From the human T2T-CHM13v2.0 reference genome, Homo sapiens, in NCBI RefSeq assembly GCF_009914755.1, contig NC_060932.1: a DNA stretch of 64,000 bases; one strand, written 5' to 3'. The notes under the pieces were generated by a model that did not search any database, was not told where the DNA came from, and saw only the letters and a list, made by a program, of their open reading frames with translations. Positions within the stretch are counted from its first letter, which is position 1; each line of letters starts with the position of its first letter. The translations under genes were made by a program, and so were the position numbers. Shown piece by piece: positions 25,301 through 38,150 of the stretch.

Positions 25301-28300
25301 TCACAGAGTTGAACCTTCCGTTTCATAGAGCAGGTTGGAAACACTCTTATTGTAGTATCTGGAAGTGGACATTTGGAGCGCTTTCAGGCCTATGGTGAAA
25401 AAGGAAATATCTTCCCATAAAAACGACATAGAAGCTATCTCAGGAACTTGTTTATGATGCATCTAATCAACTAACAGTGTTGAACCTTTGTACTGACAGA
25501 GCAGTTTGAAACACTCTTTTTTTGGAATCTGCAAGTGGATATTTGGATCGCTTTGAGGATTTCGTTGGAAACGGGATGCAATATAAAACGTACACAGCAG
25601 CATACTCAGAAAATACTTTGCCATATTTCCATTCAAGTCAGAGAGTGGAACATTCCCATTCATAGAGCAGGTTTGAAACACTCTTTTTGGAGTATCTGGA
25701 AGTGGACATTTGGAGCGCTTTCTGAACTATGGTGAAAAAGGAAATATCTTCCAATGAAAACAAGACAGAAGCATTCTGAGAAACTTATTTGTGATGTGTG
25801 TCCTCAACAAACGGACTTGAACCTTTCGTTTCATGCAGTACTTCTGGAACACTCTTTTTGAAGATTCTGCATGCGGATATTTGGATAGCTTTGAGGATTT
25901 CTTTGGAAACGGGCTTACATGTAAAAATTAGACAGCAGCATTCTCAGAAACTTCTTTGTGGTGTCTGCATTCAAGTCACAGAATTGAACTTCCCCTCACA
26001 TAGAGCAGTTGTGCAGCACTCTATTTGTAGTATCTGGAAGTGGACATTTGGAGGGCTTTGTAGCCTATCTGGAAAAAGGAAATATCTTCCCATGAATGCG
26101 AGATAGAAGTAATCTCAGAAACATGTTTATGCTGTATCTACTCAACTAACTGTGCTGAACATTTCTATTGATAGAGCAGTTTTGAGACACTCTTCTTTTG
26201 GAATCTGCAAGTGGATATTTGGATAGATTTGAGGATTTCGTTGGAAACGGGATTATATATCAAAAGTAGACAGCAGCATTCTCAGAAACTTCTTTGTGAT
26301 GTTTGCATCCAGCTCTCAGAGTTGAACATTCCCTTTCATAGAGTAGGTTTGAAACCCTCTTTTTATAGTGTCTGGAAGCGGGCATTTGGAGCGCTTTCAG
26401 GCCTATGCTTAAAATAGGAAATATCTACCTACAGAAACTAGACAGAAGCATTCTGAGAATCACGTTTGTGATGTGGGTACTCAACTAACAGTGTTGATCC
26501 ATTCTTTTGATACAGCAGTTTTGAACCACACTTTTTGTAGAATCTGCAAGAGGATATTTGGATAGCTGTGAGGATTTCGTTGGAAACGGGAATGTCTTCA
26601 AAGAAAATCTAGACAGAAGCATTCTCAGAAACACCTTCGTGATGTTTGCAATCAAGTCACAGAGTTGAACCTTCCGTTTCATAGAGCAGGTTGGAAACAC
26701 TCTTATTGTAGTATCTGGAAGTGGACATTTGGAGCGCTTTCAGGCCTATGGTGAAAAAGGAAATATCTTCCCATAAAAACGACATAGAAGCTATCTCAGG
26801 AACTTGTTTATGATGCATCTAATCAACTAACAGTGTTGAACCTTTGTACTGACAGAGCAGTTTGAAACACTCTTTTTTTGGAATCTGCAAGTGGATATTT
26901 GGATCGCTTTGAGGATTTCGTTGGAAACGGGATGCAATATAAAACGTACACAGCAGCATACTCAGAAAATACTTTGCCATATTTCCATTCAAGTCACAGA
27001 GTGGAACATTCCCATTCATAGAGCAGGTTTGAAACACTCTTTTTGGAGTATCTGGAAGTGGACATTTGGAGCGCTTTCTGAACTATGGTGAAAAAGGAAA
27101 TATCTTCCAATGAAAACAAGACAGAAGCATTCTGAGAAACTTATTTGTGATGTGTGTCCTCAACAAACGGACTTGAACCTTTCGTTTCATGCAGTACTTC
27201 TGGAACACTCTTTTTGAAGATTCTGCATGCGGATATTTGGATAGCTTTGAGGATTTCGTTGGAAACGGGCTTACATGTAAAAATTAGACAGCAGCATTCT
27301 CAGAAACTTCTTTGTGGTGTCTGCATTCAAGTCACAGAATTGAACTTCCCCTCACATAGAGCAGTTGTGCAGCACTCTATTTGTAGTATCTGGAAGTGGA
27401 CATTTGGAGGGCTTTGTAGCCCATCTGGAAAAAAGAAATATCTTCCCATGAATGCGAGATAGAAGTAATCTCAGAAACATGTTTATGCTGTATCTACTCA
27501 ACTAACTGTGCTGAACATTTCTATTGATAGAGCAGTTTTGAGACACTCTTCTTTTGGAATCTGCAAGTGGATATTTGGATAGATTTGAGGATTTCGTTGG
27601 AAACGGGATTATATATAAAAAGTAGACAGCAGCATTCTCAGAAACTTCTTTGTGATGTTTGCATCCAGCTCTCAGAGTTGAACATTCCCTTTCATAGAGT
27701 AGGTTTGAAACCCTCTTTTTATAGTGTCTGCAAGCGGGCATTTGGAGCGCTTTCAGGCCTATGCTTAAAATAGGAATTATCTACCTACAGAAACTAGACA
27801 GAAGCATTCTGAGAATCACGTTTGTGATGTGGGTACTCAACTAACAGTGTTGATCCATTCTTTTGATACAGCAGTTTTGAACCACACTTTTTATAGAATC
27901 TGCAAGAGGATATTTGGATAGCTGTGAGGATTTCGTTGGAAACGGGAATGTCTTCAAAGAAAATCTAGACAGAAGCATTCTCAGAAACACCTTCGTGATG
28001 TTTGCAATCAAGTCACAGAGTTGAACCTTCCGTTTCATAGAGCAGGTTGGAAACACTCTTATTGTAGTATCTGGAAGTGGACATTTGGAGCGCTTTCAGG
28101 CCTATGGTGAAAAAGGAAATATCTTCCCATAAAAACGACATAGAAGCTATCTCAGGAACTTGTTTATGATGCATCTAATCAACTAACAGTGTTGAACCTT
28201 TGTACTGACAGAGCAGTTTGAAACACTCTTTTTTTGGAATCTGCAAGTGGATATTTGGATCGCTTTGAGGATTTCGTTGGAAACGGGATGCAATATAAAA

Positions 28301-31300
28301 CGTACACAGCAGCATACTCAGAAAATACTTTGCCATATTTCCATTCAAGTCACAGAGTGGAACATTCCCATTCATAGAGCAGGTTTGAAACACTCTTTTT
28401 GGAGTATCTGGAAGTGGACATTTGGAGCGCTTTCTGAACTATGGTGAAAAAGGAAATATCTTCCAATGAAAACAAGACAGAAGCATTCTGAGAAACTTAT
28501 TTGTGATGTGTGTCCTCAACAAACGGACTTGAACCTTTCGTTTCATGCAGTACTTCTGGAACACTCTTTTTGAAGATTCTGCATGCGGATATTTGGATAG
28601 CTTTGAGGATTTCGTTGGAAACGGGCTTACATGTAAAAATTAGACAGCAGCATTCTCAGAAACTTCTTTGTGGTGTCTGCATTCAAGTCACAGAATTGAA
28701 CTTCCCCTCACATAGAGCAGTTGTGCAGCACTCTATTTGTAGTATCTCGAAGTGGACATTTGGAGGGCTTTGTAGCCTATCTGGAAAAAGGAAATATCTT
28801 CCCATGAATGCGAGATAGAAGTAATCTCAGAAACATGTTTATGCTGTATCTTCTCAACTAACTGTGCTGAACATTTCTATTGATAGAGCAGTTTTGAGAC
28901 ACTCTTCTTTTGGAATCTGCAAGTGGATATTTGGATAGATTTGAGGATTTCGTTGGAAACGGGATTATATATAAAAAGTAGACAGCAGCATTCTCAGAAA
29001 CTTCTTTGTGATGTTTGCATCCAGCTCTCAGAGTTGAACATTCCCTTTCATAGAGTAGGTTTGAAACCCTCTTTTTATAGTGTCTGGAAGCGGGCATTTG
29101 GAGCGCTTTCAGGCCTATGCTTAAAATAGGAAATATCTACCTACAGAAACTAGACAGAAGCATTCTGAGAATCACGTTTGTGATGTGGGTACTCAACTAA
29201 CAGTGTTGATCCATTCTTTTGATACAGCAGTTTTGAACCACACTTTTTGTAGAATCTGCAAGAGGATATTTGGATAGCTGTGAGGATTTCGTTGGAAACG
29301 GGAATGTCTTCAAAGAAAATCTAGACAGAAGCATTCTCAGAAACACCTTCGTGATGTTTGCAATCAAGTCACAGAGTTGAACCTTCCGTTTCATAGAGCA
29401 GGTTGGAAACACTCTTATTGTAGTATCTGGAAGTGGACATTTGGAGCGCTTTCAGGCCTATGGTGAAAAAGGAAATATCTTCCCATAAAAACGACATAGA
29501 AGCTATCTCAGGAACTTGTTTATGATGCATCTAATCAACTAACAGTGTTGAACCTTTGTACTGACAGAGCAGTTTGAAACACTCTTTTTTTGGAATCTGC
29601 AAGTGGATATTTGGATCGCTTTGAGGATTTCGTTGGAAACGGGATGCAATATAAAACGTACACAGCAGCATACTCAGAAAATACTTTGCCATATTTCCAT
29701 TCAAGTCACAGAGTGGAACATTCCCATTCATAGAGCAGGTTTGAAACACTCTTTTTGGAGTATCTGGAAGTGGACATTTGGAGCGCTTTCTGAACTATGG
29801 TGAAAAAGGAAATATCTTCCAATGAAAACAAGACAGAAGCATTCTGAGAAACTTATTTGTGATGTGTGTCCTCAACAAACGGACTTGAACCTTTCGTTTC
29901 ATGCAGTACTTCTGGAACACTCTTTTTGAAGATTCTGCATGCGGATATTTGGATAGCTTTGAGGATTTCGTTGGAAACGGGCTTACATGTAAAAATTAGA
30001 CAGCAGCATTCTCAGAAACTTCTTTGTGGTGTCTGCATTCAAGTCACAGAATTGAACTTCCCCTCACATAGAGCAGTTGTGCAGCACTCTATTTGTAGTA
30101 TCTGGAAGTGGACATTTGGAGGGCTTTGTAGCCTATCTGGAAAAAGGAAATATCTTCCCATGAATGCGAGATAGAAGTAATCTCAGAAACATGTTTATGC
30201 TGTATCTACTCAACTAACTGTGCTGAACATTTCTATTTATAGAGCAGTTTTGAGACACTCTTCTTTTGGAATCTGCAAGTGGATATTTGGATAGATTTGA
30301 GGATTTCGTTGGAAACGGGATTATATATCAAAAGTAGACAGCAGCATTCTCAGAAACTTCTTTGTGATGTTTGCATCCAGCTCTCAGAGTTGAACATTCC
30401 CTTTCATAGAGTAGGTTTGAAACCCTCTTTTTATAGTGTCTGCAAGCGGGCATTTGGAGCGCTTTCAGGCCTATGCTTAAAATAGGAAATATCTACCTAC
30501 AGAAACTAGACAGAAGCATTCTGAGAATCACGTTTGTGATGTGGGTACTCAACTAACAGTGTTGATCCATTCTTTTGATACAGCAGTTTTGAACCACACT
30601 TTTTGTAGAATCTGCAACAGGATATTTGGATAGCTGTGAGGATTTCGTTGGAAACGGGAATGTCTTCAAAGAAAATCTAGACAGAAGCATTCTCAGAAAC
30701 ACCTTCGTGATGTTTGCAATCAAGTCACAGAGTTGAACCTTCCGTTTCATAGAGCAGGTTGGAAACACTCTTATTGTAGTATCTGGAAGTGGACATTTGG
30801 AGCGCTTTCAGGCCTATGGTGAAAAAGGAAATATCTTCCCATAAAAACGACATAGAAGCTATCTCAGGAACTTGTTTATGATGCATCTAATCAACTAACA
30901 GTGTTGAACCTTTGTACTGACAGAGCAGTTTGAAACACTCTTTTTTTGGAATCTGCAAGTGGATATTTGGATCGCTTTGAGGATTTCGTTGGAAACGGCA
31001 TGCAATATAAAACGTACACAGCAGCATACTCAGAAAATACTTTGCCATATTTCCATTCAAGTCACAGAGTGGAACATTCCCATTCATAGAGCAGGTTTGA
31101 AACACTCTTTTTGGAGTATCTGGAAGTGGACATTTGGAGCGCTTTCTGAACTATGGTGAAAAAGGAAATATCTTCCAATGAAAACAAGACAGAAGCATTC
31201 TGAGAAACTTATTTGTGATGTGTGTCCTCAACAAACGGACTTGAACCTTTCGTTTCATGCAGTACTTCTTGAACACTCTTTTTGAAGATTCTGCATGCGG

Positions 31301-34300
31301 ATATTTGGATAGCTTTGAGGATTTCGTTGGAAACGGGCTTACATGTAAAAATTAGACAGCAGCATTCTCAGAAACTTCTTTGTGGTGTCTGCATTCAAGT
31401 CACAGAATTGAACTTCCCCTCACATAGAGCAGTTGTGCAGCACTCTATTTGTAGTATCTGGAAGTGGACATTTGGAGGGCTTTGTAGCCTATCTGGAAAA
31501 AGGAAATATCTTCCCATGAATGCGAGATAGAAGTAATCTCAGAAACATGTTTATGCTGTATCTACTCAACTAACTGTGCTGAACATTTCTATTGATAGAG
31601 CAGTTTTGAGACACTCTTCTTTTGGAATCTGCAAGTGGATATTTGGATAGATTTGAGGATTTCGTTGGAAACGGGATTATATATCAAAAGTAGACAGCAG
31701 CATTCTCAGAAACTTCTTTGTGATGTTTGCATCCAGCTCTCAGAGTTGAACATTCCCTTTCATAGAGTAGGTTTGAAACCCTCTTTTTATAGTGTCTGCA
31801 AGCGGGCATTTGGAGCGCTTTCAGGCCTATGCTTAAAATAGGAAATATCTACCTACAGAAACTAGACAGAAGCATTCTGAGAATCACGTTTGTGATGTGG
31901 GTACTCAACTAACAGTGTTGATCCATTCTTTTGATACAGCAGTTTTGAACCACACTTTTTGTAGAATCTGCAAGAGGATATTTGGATAGCTGTGAGGATT
32001 TCGTTGGAAACGGGAATGTCTTCAAAGAAAATCTAGACAGAAGCATTCTCAGAAACACCTTCGTGATGTTTGCAATCAAGTCACAGAGTTGAACCTTCCG
32101 TTTCATAGAGCAGGTTGGAAACACTCTTATTGTAGTATCTGGAAGTGGACATTTGGAGCGCTTTCAGGCTTATGGTGAAAAAGGAAATATCTTCCCATAA
32201 AAACGACATAGAAGCTATCTCAGGAACTTGTTTATGATGCATCTAATCAACTAACAGTGTTGAACCTTTGTACTGACAGAGCAGTTTGAAACACTCTTTT
32301 TTTGGAATCTGCAAGTGGATATTTGGATCGCTTTGAGGATTTCGTTGGAAACGGGATGCAATATAAAACGTACACAGCAGCATACTCAGAAAATACTTTG
32401 CCATATTTCCATTCAAGTCACAGAGTGGAACATTCCCATTCATAGAGCAGGTTTGAAACACTCTTTTTGGAGTATCTGGAAGTGGACATTTGGAGCGCTT
32501 TCTGAACTATGGTGAAAAAGGAAATATCTTCCAATGAAAACAAGACAGAAGCATTCTGAGAAACTTATTTGTGATGTGTGTCCTCAACAAACGGACTTGA
32601 ACCTTTTGTTTCATGCAGTACTTCTTGAACACTCTTTTTGAAGATTCTGCATGCGGATATTTGGATAGCTTTGAGGATTTCGTTGGAAACGGGCTTACAT
32701 GTAAAAATTAGACAGCAGCATTCTCAGAAACTTCTTTGTGGTGTCTGCATTCAAGTCACAGAATTGAACTTCCCCTCACATAGAGCAGTTGTGCAGCACT
32801 CTATTTGTAGTATCTGGAAGTGGACATTTGGAGGGCTTTGTAGCCTATCTGGAAAAAGGAAATATCTTCCCATGAATGCGAGATAGAAGTAATCTCAGAA
32901 ACATGTTTATGCTGTATCTACTCAACTAACTGTGCTGAACATTTCTATTGATAGAGCAGTTTTGAGACACTCTTCTTTTGGAATCTGCAAGTGGATATTT
33001 GGATAGATTTGAGGATTTCGTTGGAAACGGGATTATATATCAAAAGTAGACAGCAGCATTCTCAGAAACTTCTTTGTGATGTTTGCATCCAGCTCTCAGA
33101 GTTGAACATTCCCTTTCATAGAGTAGGTTTGAAACCCTCTTTTTATAGTGTCTGCAAGCGGGCATTTGGAGCGCTTTCAGGCCTATGCTTAAAATAGGAA
33201 ATATCTAACTACAGAAACTAGACAGAAGCATTCTGAGAATCACGTTTGTGATGTGGGTACTCAACTAACAGTGTTGATCCATTCTTTTGATACAGCAGTT
33301 TTGAACCACACTTTTTGTAGAATCTGCAAGAGGATATTTGGATAGCTGTGAGGATTTCGTTGGAAACGGGAATGTCTTCAAAGAAAATCTAGACAGAAGC
33401 ATTCTCAGAAACACCTTCGTGATGTTTGCAATCAAGTCACAGAGTTGAACCTTCCGTTTCATAGAGCAGGTTGGAAACACTCTTATTGTAGTATCTGGAA
33501 GTGGACATTTGGAGCGCTTTCAGGCCTATGGTGAAAAAGGAAATATCTTCCCATAAAAACGACATAGAAGCTATCTCAGGAACTTGTTTATGATGCATCT
33601 AATCAACTAACAGTGTTGAACCTTTGTACTGACAGAGCAGTTTGAAACACTCTTTTTTTGGAATCTGCAAGTGGATATTTGGATCGCTTTGAGGATTTCG
33701 TTGGAAACGGGATGCAATATAAAACGTACACAGCAGCATACTCAGAAAATACTTTGCCATATTTCCATTCAAGTCACAGAGTGGAACATTCCCATTCATA
33801 GAGCAGGTTTGAAACACTCTTTTTGGAGTATCTGGAAGTGGACATTTGGAGCGCTTTCTGAACTATGGTGAAAAAGGAAATATCTTCCAATGAAAACAAG
33901 ACAGAAGCATTCTGAGAAACTTATTTGTGATGTGTGTCCTCAACAAACGGACTTGAACCTTTCGTTTCATGCAGTACTTCTGGAACACTCTTTTTGAAGA
34001 TTCTGCATGCGGATATTTGGATAGCTTTGAGGATTTCGTTGGAAACGGGCTTACATGTAAAAATTAGACAGCAGCATTCTCAGAAACTTCTTTGTGGTGT
34101 CTGCATTCAAGTCACAGAATTGAACTTCCCCTCACATAGAGCAGTTGTGCAGCACTCTATTTGTAGTATCTGGAAGTGGACATTTGGAGGGCTTTGTAGC
34201 CTATCTGGAAAAAGGAAATATCTTCCCATGAATGCGAGATAGAAGTAATCTCAGAAACATGTTTATGCTGTATCTACTCAACTAACTGTGCTGAACATTT

Positions 34301-36957
34301 CTATTGATAGAGCAGTTTTGAGACACTCTTCTTTTGGAATCTGCAAGTGGATATTTGGAGAGATTTGAGGATTTCGTTGGAAACGGGATTATATATAAAA
34401 AGTAGACAGCAGCATTCTCAGAAACTTCTTTGTGATGTTTGCATCCAGCTCTCAGAGTTGAACATTCCCTTTCATAGAGTAGGTTTGAAACCCTCTTTTT
34501 ATAGTGTCTGGAAGCGGGCATTTGGAGCGCTTTCAGGCCTATGCTTAAAATAGGAAATATCTACCTACAGAAACTAGACAGAAGCATTCTGAGAATCACG
34601 TTTGTGATGTGGGTACTCAACTAACAGTGTTGATCCATTCTTTTGATACAGCAGTTTTGAACCACACTTTTTGTAGAATCTGCAAGTGGATATTTGGATA
34701 GCTGTGAGGATTTCGTTGGAAACGGGAATGTCTTCAAAGAAAATCTAGACAGAAGCATTCTCAGAAACACCTTCGTGATGTTTGCAATCAAGTCACAGAG
34801 TTGAACCTTCCGTTTCATAGAGCAGGTTGGAAACACTCTTATTGTAGTATCTGGAAGTGGACATTTGGAGCGCTTTCAGGCCTATGGTGAAAAAGGAAAT
34901 ATCTTCCCATAAAAACGACATAGAAGCTATCTCAGGAACTTGTTTATGATGCATCTAATCAACTAACAGTGTTGAACCTTTGTACTGACAGAGGAGTTTG
35001 AAACACTCTTTTTTTGGAATCTGCAAGTGGATATTTGGATCGCTTTGAGGATTTCGTTGGAAACGGGATGCAATATAAAACGTACACAGCAGCATACTCA
35101 GAAAATACTTTGCCATATTTCCATTCAAGTCACAGAGTGGAACATTCCCATTCATAGAGCAGGTTGGAAACACTCTTTTTGGAGTATCTGGAAGTGGACA
35201 TTTGGAGCGCTTTCTGAACTATGGTGAAAAAGGAAATATCTTCCAATGAAAACAAGACAGAAGCATTCTGAGAAACTTATTTGTGATGTGTGTCCTCAAC
35301 AAACGGACTTGAACCTTTCGTTTCATGCAGTACTTCTGGAACACTCTTTTTGAAGATTCTGCATGCGGATATTTGGATAGCTTTGAGGATTTCGTTGGAA
35401 ACGGGCTTACATGTAAAAATTAGACAGCAGCATTCTCAGAAACTTCTTTGTGGTGTCTGCATTCAAGTCACAGAATTGAACTTCCCCTCACATAGAGCAG
35501 TTGTGCAGCACTCTATTTGTAGTATCTGGAAGTGGACATTTGGAGGGCTTTGTAGCCTATCTGGAAAAAGGAAATATCTTCCCATGAATGCGAGATAGAA
35601 GTAATCTCAGAAACATGTTTATGCTGTATCTACTCAACTAACTGTGCTGAACATTTCTATTGATAGAGCAGTTTTGAGACACTCTTCTTTTGGAATCTGC
35701 AAGTGGATATTTGGATAGATTTGAGGATTTCGTTGGAAACGGGATTATATATCAAAAGTAGACAGCAGCATTCTCAGAAACTTCTTTGTGATGTTTGCAT
35801 CCAGCTCTCAGAGTTGAACATTCCCTTTCATAGAGTAGGTTTGAAACCCTCTTTTTATAGTGTCTGGAAGCGGGCATTTGGAGCGCTTTCAGGCCTATGC
35901 TTAAAATAGGAAATATCTACCTACAGAAACTAGACAGAAGCATTCTGAGAATCACGTTTGTGATGTGGGTACTCAACTAACAGTGTTGATCCATTCTTTT
36001 GATACAGCAGTTTTGAACCACACTTTTTGTAGAATCTGCAAGAGGATATTTGGATAGCTGTGAGGATTTCGTTGGAAACGGGAATGTCTTCAAAGAAAAT
36101 CTAGACAGAAGCATTCTCAGAAACACCTTCGTGATGTTTGCAATCAAGTCACAGAGTTGAACCTTCCGTTTCATAGAGCAGGTTGGAAACACTCTTATTG
36201 TAGTATCTGGAAGTGGACATTTGGAGCGCTTTCAGGCCTATGGTGAAAAAGGAAATATCTTCCCATAAAAACGACATAGAAACTATCTCAGGAACTTGTT
36301 TATGATGCATCTAATCAACTAACAGTGTTGAACCTTTGTACTGACAGAGGAGTTTGAAACACTCTTTTTTTGGAATCTGCAAGTGGATATTTGGATCGCT
36401 TTGAGGATTTCGTTGGAAACGGGATGCAATATAAAACGTACACAGCAGCATACTCAGAAAATACTTTGCCATATTTCCATTCAAGTCACAGAGTGGAACA
36501 TTCCCATTCATAGAGCAGGTTTGAAACACTCTTTTTGGAGTATCTGGAAGTGGACATTTGGAGCGCTTTCTGAACTATGGTGAAAAAGGAAATATCTTCC
36601 AATGAAAACAAGACAGAAGCATTCTGAGAAACTTATTTGTGATGTGTGTCCTCAACAAACGGACTTGAACCTTTCGTTTCATGCAGTACTTCTGGAACAC
36701 TCTTTTTGAAGATTCTGCATGCGGATATTTGGATAGCTTTGAGGATTTCGTTGGAAACGGGCTTACATGTAAAAATTAGACAGCAGCATTCTCAGAAACT
36801 TCTTTGTGGTGTCTGCATTCAAGTCACAGAATTGAACTTCCCCTCACATAGAGCAGTTGTGCAGCACTCTATTTGTAGTATCTCGAAGTGGACATTTGGA
36901 GGGCTTTGTAGCCTATCTGGAAAAAGGAAATATCTTCCCATGAATGCGAGATAGAAG
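19330..36957 (+). repeat. 13 x 8-mer HOR (longest pure run)
   Basis: 19431->37059 = 17628 = 13 x 1356 with no net indel. Confidence 0.96.
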
Positions 36958-38150
36958 TAATCTCAGAAACATGTTTATGCTGTATCTTCTCAACTAACTG
37001 TGCTGAACATTTCTATTGATAGAGCAGTTTTGAGACACTCTTCTTTTGGAATCTGCAAGTGGATATTTGGATAGATTTGAGGATTTCGTTGGAAACGGGA
37101 TTATATATCAAAAGTAGACAGCAGCATTCTCAGAAACTTCTTTGTGATGTTTGCATCCAGCTCTCAGAGTTGAACATTCCCTTTCATAGAGTAGGTTTGA
37201 AACCCTCTTTTTATAGTGTCTGGAAGCGGGCATTTGGAGCGCTTTCAGGCCTATGCTGAAAAAGGAAATATCTACCTATAGAAACTAGACAGAAGCATTC
37301 TGAGAATCACGTTTGTGATGTGGGTACTCAACTAACAGTGTTGATCCATTCTTTTGATACAGCAGTTTTGAACCACACTTTTTGTAGAATCTGCAAGTGG
37401 ATATTTGGATAGCTGTGAGGATTTCGTTGGAAACGGGAATGTCTTCATAGAAAATTTAGACAGAAGCATTCTCAGAACCTTGATTGTGGTGTGTGTTCTC
37501 CACTAACAGAGTTGAACCTTTCTTTTGACAGAACTGTTCTGAAACATTCTTTTTATAGAATCTGGAAGTGGATATTTGGAAAGCTTTGAGGATTTCATTG
37601 GAAACGGGAATATCTTCAAATAAAATCTAGCCAGAAGCATTCTAAGAAACATCTTAGGGATGTTTACATTCAAGTCACAGAGTTGAACATTCCCTTTCAC
37701 AGAGCAGATTTGAAACAATCTTCTCGTACTATCTGGCAGTGGACATTGTGAGCTCCTTGGGGCCTATGCTGAAAAAGGAAATATCTTCCGACAAAAACTA
37801 GACAGAAGCATTCGCAGAATCACGTTTGTGATGTGTGCACTCAACTGTCAGAATTGAACCTTGGTTTGGACAGAGCACTTTTGAAACACTCTTTTTGTAG
37901 AATCTGCAGGTGGATATTTGGCTAGCTTTGAGGATTTCGTTGGAAACGGTAATGTCTTCAAAGAAAATCTAGACAGAAGCATTCTCAGAAACACCTTCGT
38001 GATGTTTGCAATCAAGTCACAGAGTTGAACCTTCCGTTTCATAGAGCAGGTTGGAAACACTCTTTTTGTAGTATCTGGAAGTGGACATTTGGAGGGCTTT
38101 GTAGCCTATCTGGAAAAAGGAAATATCTTCCCATGAATGCGAGATAGAAG
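36958..38150 (+). repeat. 7-mer HOR, right lineage (1193 bp)
   Basis: 37059->38252; markers gctgaaaaagg, gattgtggtg, gatttcattgg. Confidence 0.95.

Noticed and set aside
19330-36957. Possibility that the array is synthetic or a collapsed/modelled reference
   Set aside because: Ordered, long-range co-inheritance of rare SNPs and private variants fit a real long-read assembly, though read support cannot be checked here.
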